From Naegleria gruberi (lineage: Eukaryota): DNA of 64,000 nt. Every line of letters starts with the position of its first letter. Position 1 is the first letter of the stretch. This document shows, one piece after another, positions 9,757 through 20,377 of this stretch. The stretch lies in NCBI GenBank assembly GCA_000004985.1, contig GG738901.1. One strand, 5' to 3'. Below the pieces are notes generated by a model. That model was not told the origin of the DNA. It made no database searches and was given only the letters and a program-made list of their open reading frames with translations. Made by a program: the position numbers and the translations under genes.

Positions 9757-12315
9757 ATGTATTCACATAGTAGTAGCAATAATAATAACAATGTTAATGG
9801 GGGTGGTAGTTTGTTTTCTCCGAATAGTGTAGCATCATCAACACCTACAACACCATCTTCTCCTTCCATCATGATGAGTCCACCACCATCATCATCACAT
9901 CATCAACAACACCATCAGCATCACCATAATCATCATCATCTTCACCATTCAACTCTTCCACCATTAAATTCATTTCATAATTATACTGCTGGAGTGATGC
10001 AACATTTTGATGGTTTTCATGGAGGTTCTGCAACCTCTCCTTATGGTTCTCCTTCGTTCTCTCTACCTACAACACCTACATCAAACTATGGCCTTGGAAA
10101 TGGTCAATCATCGGTAGGCATTGCATCACCTCTTCCAAATGTATTGCATTCGCCTTCTTCAGTGGGGACATCTCCACAACTCAACAATGGATCGAATGTC
10201 ATGGTCAACAAACCATCAACTTCAGCCTTTGGTAAAGTTTCTACAGCTCCAACCCCTAGTGAAATTGTACCAAATTTTGTCATTGACCAAGTGAGTAAAA
10301 TTACGAATAGAGATGAATATGAACCAATCAGTCACGAGAATTTAATGTCAATAAGAAAGAGCAAGATTATTTCACCAAATAATGATATTTCTAAAAGTAA
10401 GAATCAATCTACTTCAGAGGATGAGGACTATGATGATGATGGATCAGATTCTGCACAAAAAACAAAATCCGATAAGAAGAAGTACCACCCTATTGCCTGT
10501 GTGCAGTGCAGGTCTTTACACAAAAAGGTTTGTTTAGTTTCGAATAATGCATTCTAACTCGGAAAAGTGTGACAAGAAATTACCTTCATGCTCAAAATGT
10601 ATTTCTAGAGGTGTGGAATGTACAGTATGTAGTTATATTGTTTTGGATTTATTGGAATTTCTAATCAATTGATAATAGTATAATACCCCAAGAAAGAGAG
10701 GAAAAGTCTCTAGAAAGGACACTGATAAAACTGATGTAAATAATGTTAATAACAATACTAATAATAACATGAATGGAAACTCATCCATGAACCAATCAGG
10801 TATTCCACCTTTTGTGAGGACTGAAAAACCAAATAACCATCTTCCTCCACCATCAGTGATTGATTCATACTTTGCAGTTTTATGTGGTGGCCATCCAGCC
10901 ATTGAAAAGAAAAAGCTAGAATATACTGTTCAAAATAATTACTCCTATATTAATGCACTCCTAGTGACGAATGACTACAATGTGAGGTTACCAATACCTG
11001 AAGGAGAAAATGCAGAGACAACATTTATTCTTGCCTTTTATTTATCCATTCAAGCTCTGTATGTTTTTTGATAATAATTTTAACAATGTTCAAACAATTT
11101 TAATTCAGATGTGAACAGCGATATGGGTTGTTGGATCTTGCTGAAGAATCCCACAAGCATGCGGAGAAGGAAGTTGCCAGATTGATAGACCACTTTACAA
11201 ACTTTTACATGGTTGCTTGTTATATCAATATGGCACTGTATGAATCAGGTGGTGGAAATTACAAAAAGGCAAGATTTTACTTGAACAATGTGAATTTTTA
11301 CTTTGAGGATGAGGAGAATATGAATAAGGATTTCAACTTTTACGAGCAAAATTTGAAAAAGTTTAGAGTATTTGTTGTTGGATCATGCCATTCGGATATT
11401 GATAATATTGGATCGTTGGGCACGTTTGTGGAAATGATGCCTCGAATGTTTAAACTGGCTTCTGGAGGACAAGATATGCAACTTCCTCCAGAATGTTGGC
11501 AAGTTTTCAATTCTAGGAACGTCACCCCCGATAATTACATGCTTTTCATGCAAATTATGGATATGGTGTCTAAAGCATTCGAAAAATATAGAGCTATCCT
11601 TTATGGTATGGCAACGGATTGTCACTCTCCAACATTCTTCAGATTCCAAGATTTACAAAGGGCCTTCATTAACAATGGTATTAGATTTTTACTATTGGAG
11701 AAGGTTGTCAATGTGGCCTCAAACTTTGCTGAAGAAACCGCTCTGAAAATTACACTTCTCACAGAACATGACCTGTTCCCGTAAGTATTTCACTTTTACA
11801 ATCTAATAATCCTCCGAAAATGAAGATATTGTGGACTTGGAGTCATTCTAGGAATAATTAATACTTGTAAATTTCATTTAAACATTGTGAAACAAATAGA
11901 GAGTGGAATGCGACCAACACATTCAACAATCATTTCATCAGCAACTAATAAGGCAATAACAGTTGACTACTTTTCCATTTTACAGAAGGATTTAAGAGCA
12001 TTACAAGTACTTGCAAAGAGATATAAGAGACTAACCCTCTACCACTCTCAAATGATGGATGAAATGGAACAAATCATTAGAAGAAAGCACAATGTCGATC
12101 CATTCCACACAGCTCTTCAAATCCAAACACTCTCCAATATGGCACCACCAGTACAGACAGGAACAGGCACTGATAACCCTAATGATGTTCTCCTATCAAC
12201 CATATTGGGCTATTTGAAGAAGGCAATCGAGAGTAATCAAAATCCACCTCCTTTCGCAGCAAACATGAGTCCTGTAAATGAAACACGTGCTGATTTTGGT
12301 TTTCCATGGGAATAA
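9757..12315 (+). CDS. Zn(2)-Cys(6) binuclear-cluster (Gal4-type) transcription factor. Five exons: join(9757..10527, 10568..10625, 10701..11058, 11109..11780, 11904..12315)
   Basis: The motif ACVQCRSLHKK | CDKKLPSCSKCISRGVECT is a perfect CX2CX6CX6CX2CX6C only after removing a 40-nt intron (10528-10567) that contains an in-frame TAA. Further introns keep the frame into a fungal-type transcription-factor middle region: GTATGT..AG 10626-10700, GTATGT..TTCAG 11059-11108, and GTAAGT..AG 11781-11903. The N-terminus is His/Gln/Ser-rich. Confidence 0.6.
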
Positions 12316-12471
12316 TGACCTCTCACCCTCAATAAATCCGTGATCAACATGGCTATGTTGTAATGACTACAGTATGGAACATCATGTTGAACATGTGAAA
12401 CTGTTCCATCTAGTTCCACAACCAGCAAGATTATCTCTACAGCTCACACAACTTTTACCACATCAAAAAAA

Positions 12472-13494
12472 ATGTCATCCTCATCAGCATCTTCCGAATC
12501 AAAGTTTGCAATTCTAGTCATTGACAGTGAACAAAACAATTGGGATTTGCTCTTCTCCGAGAATAATCTTCTCACCAAATATAATTTAGAAATTGAACAA
12601 ACCACGTGGGAGAATATTGCCTCTGTCACCTCCTTCAATGATGGAAATAATAAGAAGAGAGCATGTGAAATATCGTTGAGACCTTGGAAAACAACTTGTA
12701 CATTCAATGATCGTAGGAATAGACAACGAATTTTCCATGCTAATTTTGTATTGGTTAGGAAATTAGTTCAGGGATTGAAAATTGATCAACATAATTATGT
12801 CAATCACTTGTTGGGAATGATGCATTGTAATTTGCCTTCTATCAATTCATTGCATTCAATTTATTTGAATTTACAAAGACCATTCATTCATGGAATTTTA
12901 TCTGGAATTAGAGATGAGAAGGGAGCTGATAAATTCCCTCTCATTGATCAATATTATCATGGTGAACCAAATTCCATTCTTTTCACACCTTCATCCTCTG
13001 ATAAGGTTGTCATTAAAGTTGGAAGTGCAGAAGCTGGATTTGGAAAAGTACTCTTGGATAACAATAATGGAACATTACGTGATTTTGGAGGATGCATTAC
13101 GAGATATAATGATTTTTTCACAAGTGAACCTTTTATTGCCAATAGAAAGTGTGATATCAGATTGCAAAAGATTGGAAAGAATATTAGAGTTTATGAAAGA
13201 GTGAGTTCTAATTGGAAAGGCAATGTTGGAAATTCAATTCTTAAAGAAGTGGAAGTGAAAAAGCATTATAAGGAGTGGATTAAATGGGTTGATGAAGCTG
13301 TCAAGTCCAAAATGGGAAGTCCAATGGAAATTTTCACACTCGATGCCATTCAAGTTGAACCAGAACCTGGCAAGTTTGTAGAATATATTTTGGAGATCAA
13401 TGATTGTGCCAGTGGTCTAGCTCCAGATAATTTACAGGAGGATATTAGAAATATTAGAGATTTGGTAATTTCAAAAATTAGTGATCTCGTTTAA
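12472..13494 (+). CDS. Synapsin-like ATP-grasp protein (synapsin C-domain homologue)
   Basis: The 340-aa ORF aligns along the synapsin C domain: ILVIDSEQNNWDLLF, NFVLVRK, LPSINSLHSIYLNLQRPFIH, DKFPLIDQYYHGEP, KVVIKVGSAEAGFGKVLLDNNNG, SEPFIANRKCDIRLQKIGKNIRVYER, and EYILEINDCASGL. Confidence 0.65.
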   Translation: MSSSSASSESKFAILVIDSEQNNWDLLFSENNLLTKYNLEIEQTTWENIASVTSFNDGNNKKRACEISLRPWKTTCTFNDRRNRQRIFHANFVLVRKLVQGLKIDQHNYVNHLLGMMHCNLPSINSLHSIYLNLQRPFIHGILSGIRDEKGADKFPLIDQYYHGEPNSILFTPSSSDKVVIKVGSAEAGFGKVLLDNNNGTLRDFGGCITRYNDFFTSEPFIANRKCDIRLQKIGKNIRVYERVSSNWKGNVGNSILKEVEVKKHYKEWIKWVDEAVKSKMGSPMEIFTLDAIQVEPEPGKFVEYILEINDCASGLAPDNLQEDIRNIRDLVISKISDLV

Positions 13495-13681
13495 CTTTGA
13501 TTTAAGCATTGAAATCTATAGATCACAATCTGGATAACAGACAATATCATGATATTGAAATGTAAATAAATTGTTGTTTTGTATTGTTTATAAATTGTCA
13601 ATATTATTCAAAATATTGGCTGCAAAATAATAATAATTGAAAATAATAAAATTGAATCATCAGCTTCAAATATTCCAATTA

Positions 13682-14451
13682 TTATTTAGCAATTCTAGAA
13701 GCAGCAGCTGCGTAAGAAGCAATAATTGCAATGATAATAATGGCTGCAACAACAACTGACAAGATATTAAGTCCTAAAGTAATGAAAAATCCAATTTGTC
13801 CATATTGTCCATATTGTTTAGCTCTTGGATCTGATGAACGACGGAATTTCATAACTGGAACAAAGAAGAAACAACTGAAACAGAATCCAATTCCAAGGAA
13901 CCACATGACAAATGTCACTAACAAGGCAAACATTAAAGCTTCTTCAGCTTGTTTGCCTTCTCCAACTGCAGAAACACCATTCACAACAGTTGTAGTAGTT
14001 GTGGTGGCAACAGTTGGTTGAGCTACGATCACAGGTTGTGGAGTGTAGTATTGTGGTTGTGGTTGACCATAAGCTACAGGTACCTGTTGACTTGGATCAT
14101 AGTATGGTTGTTGTGGATATGGTTGACCATAGGCATTTGGTTGAGTTGGTTGACCATAGTATGCTTGTGGTTGTTGTTGATTTGGATCATATTGAGGAGG
14201 AGGTTGAGCATAGGTAGCTTCTTGCTTTACGTTAGGATCCTATCATTATTAGTAGTATTCGAAACATGTAAAATTTCATCACAACATCACGTTTTGAACA
14301 TTAGTTTTTAAATGTTGCATGTGTTGTTATTATCCAAACATTATTATCATTTTTGTATGTCATTTCCAAATAGTTTCGGTTAGATTTTAAAGTTTAGAAT
14401 AAACATTGTTCATAACAAAATTGCACTACCTACCACTGGTTGTTGATTCAT
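13682..14451 (-). CDS. Small Pro/Gln/Tyr-rich protein with two C-terminal transmembrane helices (dispanin/CD225-like?). Two exons: join(14434..14451, 13682..14239) on the minus strand
   Basis: Exon 1 is ATGAATCAACAACCAGTG followed by a GTAGGT donor. A 194-nt AT-rich intron (14240-14433) ends in GATAG. Exon 2 encodes YGQP/YPQQ repeats, then two hydrophobic segments separated by KFRRSSDPRAKQ. Confidence 0.5.
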
Positions 14452-15346
14452 GATGTTGTTATATTGATTGGTTTCGTCTTGTTTTTTTGTGATATGAAGC
14501 GAGAATTTGCGTGATGTTGAGTTGAAACTTTTCAGTGAATTTTCGAATAGAAATAGAACGCTCTTTCGAATTAAAAGTCCTTTTGGTTTGCAGGTTTCTG
14601 TTTCCAGGCATTGAGAGAAAATTAACGAGAGTGATTATAATGATATTAGTTGTAAAGTATTGATTGGGTCATTGTTCATGTGCCACAAATTAAATCAATT
14701 TCGAATAGTAATTATGAAAGTGTATGAAAGATGGATTTCGTAACCTATTAACCAATCGCATTGTTTGTGCGAAAGTTTGATTTGACAAGTTTAAAACTTC
14801 ATACTTGGACTTTGATAACTACAGTTCATTTCTTACTTTGTATTCGAAATAATGTTGTATTCTAACAGATAATGCCACCTATATTTCCATCTTGTTTCCA
14901 AATGACCATGGTCATTATTAATTGATTGTTACATTCTAACATGTTTGATACCTCAAAGAAAATCACAATCTAACAAATTGACGATTCGTTGTTTAGTAAA
15001 AACTAAACACAGATCTTGACAATTTCCATTACACACAAACACTAAAAAAATATGTTCAATAACAGAGATTCATATGGTGCTAGACAAGCCATCTTTACAG
15101 GTGGATTTTGAGAAGTTCCCAAAGCATGACTATAATTATTTCATTAATTCTGGAGGAGTGCATTCCGAAAATTTGTTAATGTTGCCAACTTTGATTTTAG
15201 ATTGAAAACCCATCAGTTGCAAGTGGATGAAATCAGCAGTAAATAAAATCCAACTTAACAAAGTAAATGCCTATATAAACTCTTAAATTATTTGTTCTCT
15301 AATTGTGTAAATGTAAAACAGGTAGTATCATTGACAAGTTCACTAA

Positions 15347-16441
15347 TTATCCAAAATACACAAAGAATCCGATATCCTTCTTTAGATATTCACTATTGAA
15401 GAGTTGATCCTTTTTCTTTTGAAACAACTCGTAGAGTTTTGTACATGTCATTCCTAATCTTGCTAATGTGAATGGATCTCCAATTATTTCCATAATTGAA
15501 ATCCAATAATCAGTGTGTAGCTCCTCATTCCAAATTCTTTGAATGGGACCTTTATCCATTACTGGTCTATCAATTAAAGAAAATACAAACTTTGGATTAT
15601 TGTAATATTGAAGCATGTCATCAAACGTGTCAATATCCATTTTAGAAGATATAAATTCCTCAATGGTCATCTTTGCTTTTTTCTCTTCTTGTTTGGACTT
15701 TTTCTTTTCAGGAGTATTCAAATATTCATCGTATGCATTCTGATAATTTTTAACCAATATAGACCTTGGAATTTGAGTTGAATGTTGAAAATGTTCACTC
15801 AACTCTCTCAATCGATTCGGATGAATGAAAGTAATACTAACATCGCCATCCATTCTAGAATTATGTTGAGTAGCCACCGACAATAAACTAAAATAAGGTT
15901 CCTCTCTAAATAATTTCTTCATTCTTTCAATTCCCTCACTATTCAAATCTTCGTACTTTCCATTCGAATCCTTCTTCAAATATTTACTATTCAGCTCCTC
16001 TTGCATATCACTCTTAAATATGGTATGACCACAAATCAAACCCTCAAACTCTTCTTCATTCGACCAACACTCATCCAAATCCAACTCATTCGCAAATTCA
16101 ACAAACAAATCAAAAGCATTAAAATTAAGAGTTGCAACATGAAAACAAGGCTTTAAATTATCGAGCAAATGTTTCCAATCCGTAATCTTACCCTCCTCTA
16201 TAAAATCCAAAGCCTTGTATTTTCTCTTACTCGCATCATACGGAATGTACTTCTTTTTAATTCTCTTATTGATTTGATCTTGTTCTTCTTCTTGATCGGA
16301 GAAAATTTGCTCCAAAACTTGCTCTAGTTTTTTATCATTGGTCTGATCTTCTGATTGTGAAGAAGCTTGTTGAATTTTTCTGATCCGATCTGCCAAATGC
16401 TTCAAATTAAAAAGCGTAAATTCTGCATAGAGTCCCATCAC
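15347..16441 (-). CDS. Hypothetical protein, 364 aa, with a possible C-terminal F-box-like motif
   Basis: Uninterrupted ORF with an acidic/lysine-rich middle. The C-terminal LHTDYWISIMEIIGDPFTLARLGMTCTKLYELF resembles an F-box. Confidence 0.45.
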   Translation of the reverse strand: MMGLYAEFTLFNLKHLADRIRKIQQASSQSEDQTNDKKLEQVLEQIFSDQEEEQDQINKRIKKKYIPYDASKRKYKALDFIEEGKITDWKHLLDNLKPCFHVATLNFNAFDLFVEFANELDLDECWSNEEEFEGLICGHTIFKSDMQEELNSKYLKKDSNGKYEDLNSEGIERMKKLFREEPYFSLLSVATQHNSRMDGDVSITFIHPNRLRELSEHFQHSTQIPRSILVKNYQNAYDEYLNTPEKKKSKQEEKKAKMTIEEFISSKMDIDTFDDMLQYYNNPKFVFSLIDRPVMDKGPIQRIWNEELHTDYWISIMEIIGDPFTLARLGMTCTKLYELFQKKKDQLFNSEYLKKDIGFFVYFG

Positions 16442-17401
16442 GAATTGTTTTTAATATTTTTTTTCACTAAATTTTTTTTTAAAATTTAATTTTTAAAATG
16501 TAACGGTTTTTTTGGATGTGAACAGAAATGGAATTTGAGGAAGGACCTCAATGTTTGGTGAAAATTCCTTACTTGGTGGTGATAATATTACTGTAATGAT
16601 GAGGAATAGTAAATATTTTTCATTGTAAAGTGATGAACTTGAATATTCAAATGATGAATATGGAAAGAGTGACACGTATTCTATCACATCTACAAATATC
16701 GAAAGCATTTGCATTTTTCAATCTTGAACGATTGATGTCTTGTTGTACTTGATCACGATACTTGTCATGCTTCTGGAGAAATATATTGACTTTCGAATAG
16801 AATGCATGCTGGTGCGGAATTTAATATTTGAACGAAATTAATTATTTGAAATTCTGTGCTATCAAAATTCATTTGTGAGAGTCCAGTAAGTGTTAACTAT
16901 TTCACCTTGCTCTTACCATTTAATTCTTGAGGTTTCGAATAAGTGAGCCCTTCAAATTATTCGAATTGTCTCTTTTGGCAATCTATTCCCAAACCATCAC
17001 AAACGAATATCGAAATATAAATTTGATGGCACAAGACAAACGGACTGTCAAAGCAAGTGAAAAAAGAAACAAGTTTATTGTTGGTATTGGTATTACATCA
17101 CCTACTTTCGAATAACGTTAAACGAAACAACAACAAGAAATTACTTGAATAACATTGTCTCTCGCTAGTCCTTTAAATATTGTGTTAGAAGACTAAATGT
17201 TTAAACTTTCGTCTAGTTTCCCAAAAGAATCGTTTTGTAGTAACCAAGTTATTAGAAAACAACAACAATAACAAAATTGTGGACGGTGAATTATTATTCA
17301 AATTAGTTAGATAACGAATACCATCGATATCCAAGAATCAAGTTCTCTTGTTACTCCTAATTTCACCAAAATTAATTATTCGAAACCTTTAATTTATCAT
17401 C

Positions 17402-18655
17402 ATGGTTCACGTGAACGATTTTTTACTAACAAACATCATCCCTTCAGCTCTAACAAACCTATTCGAAACTTCTTCTCTCACACCGAATGTAACTTTTATG
17501 CAAACTTGTGTGAGATTTGATCCAGCAGGTTTCGAATATGTTGGCTGGGTATGGGATATTTTCGGCGAATGTGTCCACGAACCAAGAGAAATAGCTTCCT
17601 TTGCAGTTGGCATGATTTCCATTGGATTTTGGATGTGTGCTCTCCTGCCACAAGTCATTGCGAATTTCAAAAATAGAGATGCCTCCTCCCTGTCAACTGG
17701 CTACTTGATACAAATCACTTTGGGTGATGCCTGTTCCATGACAGCTGGTATCATGAGTGGTCAATTGATTACTCAAATTTTATTGAGTGCTTACTTTGTA
17801 TTAATGGACGTTGTAATGATTGCTCAATATTTTTGTTTTGTGGTCATTCCAAAAATTTATAGAAAAGTCAAATCGAGGAAAATTCAACCTGAAAAAAATC
17901 AAGAAATTGCAAATTCTCAAAGTGAATTGGTGAATAAGGAGAAGGTTGAGGTAAAATGTGAGAATTCAAAGCAGCAGGAAACAATTTTGAAGAGTTCGAT
18001 TTGGATTTCAATTTTGGCAATTTTAGTATTGATTACATTCTTTACAACTTCAACAATGCTTTCGAATAATGTTGAGAATGCACAGAAAATGAATCAAAAA
18101 ACAATGAGAAAACTATTGCATGCCATTAATGAAGGACAAGAATACTCAACCACTCAACAAGATCACAACAGTTTCACCTTCCCTCCAAACACTCCAGTTT
18201 CCATTGTTGGTTTCTCATTGGGTTGTTTCTGTGCCATTCTCTACATGGGCAGTAGATTACCTCAAATCTTTTTGAATTTCAGAAGAAAAACATGTGATGG
18301 TCTCTCACCTATTTACTTTGGAATTGGTATTTTAGGAAATGTTTGTTATTGTGTTTCGATTTGGTTGTACTCTTCAGATTCGGCTTATTTAATGACACGT
18401 ATTCCTTGGTTAGTGGAATCGACTGTAAATATATTTTTGGATATTTTCATCATGTGGCAATTTGTGTATTACAATTACTTGTATAAGGGAAAGAAACCAG
18501 AAAGTAAGGAAGTAAAGAATAAGAAAGTGGAAGAATTGAAAGTTGTTTCTGCCATGAGTACAGTTTCAGATACTTCTCCAAAGGTGAATGCTCCAACAAA
18601 TGATGATTGGTCATCGAGTTCAACTTCTGCGAGTCCAAAGGAACAAATTGTGTAA
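17402..18655 (+). CDS. PQ-loop repeat transporter (PQLC2/Ypq-like lysosomal cationic amino-acid or cystine transporter family)
   Basis: Two PQ-loop motifs sit in predicted transmembrane regions: CALLPQVIANFKNR and GSRLPQIFLNFRRK. There are about 7 TM helices and a lysine-rich loop. Confidence 0.7.
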   Translation: MVHVNDFLLTNIIPSALTNLFETSSLTPNVTFMQTCVRFDPAGFEYVGWVWDIFGECVHEPREIASFAVGMISIGFWMCALLPQVIANFKNRDASSLSTGYLIQITLGDACSMTAGIMSGQLITQILLSAYFVLMDVVMIAQYFCFVVIPKIYRKVKSRKIQPEKNQEIANSQSELVNKEKVEVKCENSKQQETILKSSIWISILAILVLITFFTTSTMLSNNVENAQKMNQKTMRKLLHAINEGQEYSTTQQDHNSFTFPPNTPVSIVGFSLGCFCAILYMGSRLPQIFLNFRRKTCDGLSPIYFGIGILGNVCYCVSIWLYSSDSAYLMTRIPWLVESTVNIFLDIFIMWQFVYYNYLYKGKKPESKEVKNKKVEELKVVSAMSTVSDTSPKVNAPTNDDWSSSSTSASPKEQIV

Positions 18656-18923
18656 ATATTCAACAAATTATTTCTTTATCGAAATTTTAGTAATTAATTT
18701 TTTTGTAATGTTGATCAACATCTCTTAAACAGTTTACAATAGTTTAAGATAGCCTTTCAAATATTTGGTCCAAGGGGTTTTCTATTGAAAAATAGGTGGA
18801 AGAGTTGTGTTGTGTATTGTTTGATTTACTGTGTGGAAGGTCAAGTTTCGAATAGTTTAACTTGTCAAGGTCATACGTTGGTTGGATGAAAGCATTGAGA
18901 AATTGAGTGCACCAAAATTGATG

Positions 18924-19799
18924 TTAAACAAATGAAAGAGTTTGTCCACTGCTTACACTAACTGCTGGAACGAAGGGAGCAAATCTCACATCACCAAATG
19001 GATACCAAGGTCTCAATTCTTGATTTGTTTTGTCTCTAATTAGACTAAACCTCACTAATCCCATATATTTAACATCATCCTCTATATCAGAATATCTATT
19101 TGTAGTATGTTGGAATGGGATAACATTTGGAACATTTGTTAAATCAAATTCTATTTGAATGATATCACCAGTTTCAAAGTTTTGTTCCAACTTGCAACAT
19201 GTGTGTTTGTCGCTTAAAACTGCATGGATAATTTCTTTGGTTCCGGTAATTGAAGCAATTCCCTTTGATTCTGATTGCCAGCCAATGACCTCTCCACTAC
19301 GTTGATCATTGAAAGGGAAGAAATTGAGAGATTCAATTCCAATCATTATTTTGATTGAATTTGAAACAATTTCAGGATGATAATTATCCAATTTAATCTT
19401 CCACTTGTAATACCTGCCAGGTTTCAACAATCTGACCGATTTCACAGTATAAAATTCACCATGTGAAGGTCTTTCGATTGTTTTAAGAGTGTTAGATGTC
19501 AATTCAAACTTGTTGTAATACTGATATTCAGTATCCCACCTATATCCAAAACAAGAAATCAATTGGCACATGACAGAAAAATATAAATTCTTAAATCTTT
19601 CCTTTTTTACATTCTCAACAACCTTTCCATACTCACTTTCGGTAAGATCATTTAATTTACAATAAATTTTACATAATTTCATGAAAAAGTATTCACTCTC
19701 CATCAATAAACAATAAATCTCCCTGTTCAATGAAAAATATTTAGCAATTCTATGAAGGTAAATTGGCAAATATTTCGTAGAGCATCTCTGATGGCACAA
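18924..19799 (-). CDS. F-box-like plus SPRY domain protein. The N-terminus is uncertain; a possible frameshift against the upstream ATG at 19851
   Basis: The ORF has no ATG before the F-box-like LPIYLHRIAKYFSL. The C-terminal 180 aa is SPRY-like (GYRWDTEYQYY...GEVIGWQSESKGIASITG). An ATG 52 nt upstream is in the +1 frame. Confidence 0.45.
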   Translation of the reverse strand: MCHQRCSTKYLPIYLHRIAKYFSLNREIYCLLMESEYFFMKLCKIYCKLNDLTESEYGKVVENVKKERFKNLYFSVMCQLISCFGYRWDTEYQYYNKFELTSNTLKTIERPSHGEFYTVKSVRLLKPGRYYKWKIKLDNYHPEIVSNSIKIMIGIESLNFFPFNDQRSGEVIGWQSESKGIASITGTKEIIHAVLSDKHTCCKLEQNFETGDIIQIEFDLTNVPNVIPFQHTTNRYSDIEDDVKYMGLVRFSLIRDKTNQELRPWYPFGDVRFAPFVPAVSVSSGQTLSFV

Positions 19800-20377
19800 C
19801 GTTGTGTAATAGTAGACGATCGAGTGAGTGGGTACAGCCAGGGGATGTCATTTTTTGATCTGTTGTAATATCACACACTGAGAGGTGGTGAATCTTGCCG
19901 AATCAAAACTAAATTTTCCATTACTCTTATTGGATCAAAAGCAAGTCTTTAACTATCACATTTTCACTGGTGGACTGTTTCAATATAATACTTTACAAAA
20001 TTCCCTGAGCCTCTCAATACATTGACCTCATACGAAACACAACGTTGGGATCAAAATCCCCACAACAGAATCTAACCTTCAAACAAATAACTCAAGCATT
20101 GAGAATCAATTATTCCTGTTCCGCAACAATCAGCCTTAAAGATTTGGCGCCAAAATACTCAACAAACTTTCTTGCTGCTGAATTCCCAAACTTTTGCTTC
20201 TTCTTGTTTTAAAAAGTTTTTGATCGCAACACGTTCAAAAAAACAAAACAACTTTGATCAAAGGAACCTATTAAATAACTTCTTTATCAACAACAAGAAA
20301 CAAAATCAAATCCCCTTCCGAAATATTTCTAAATTTATTAGAATTTTAAATAGATCATATTGTATTAAAGTATCAAC

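Noticed and set aside
10528-10537. An apparent 10-nt intron (gtttgtttag) that would also restore the frame in the Zn2Cys6 gene.
   Set aside because: It is far below any spliceosomal minimum. The 40-nt alternative uses the same donor and gives the exact CX6C spacing of the zinc cluster.
15052-15340. A possible small plus-strand gene starting aaaaaaatATGTTCAATAACAGAGATTCATATGGTGCTAGACAAGCCATCTTTACAG.
   Set aside because: I could not find a donor and acceptor combination that gives an open downstream frame. It may be a short upstream ORF, or a real micro-gene that needs transcript evidence.
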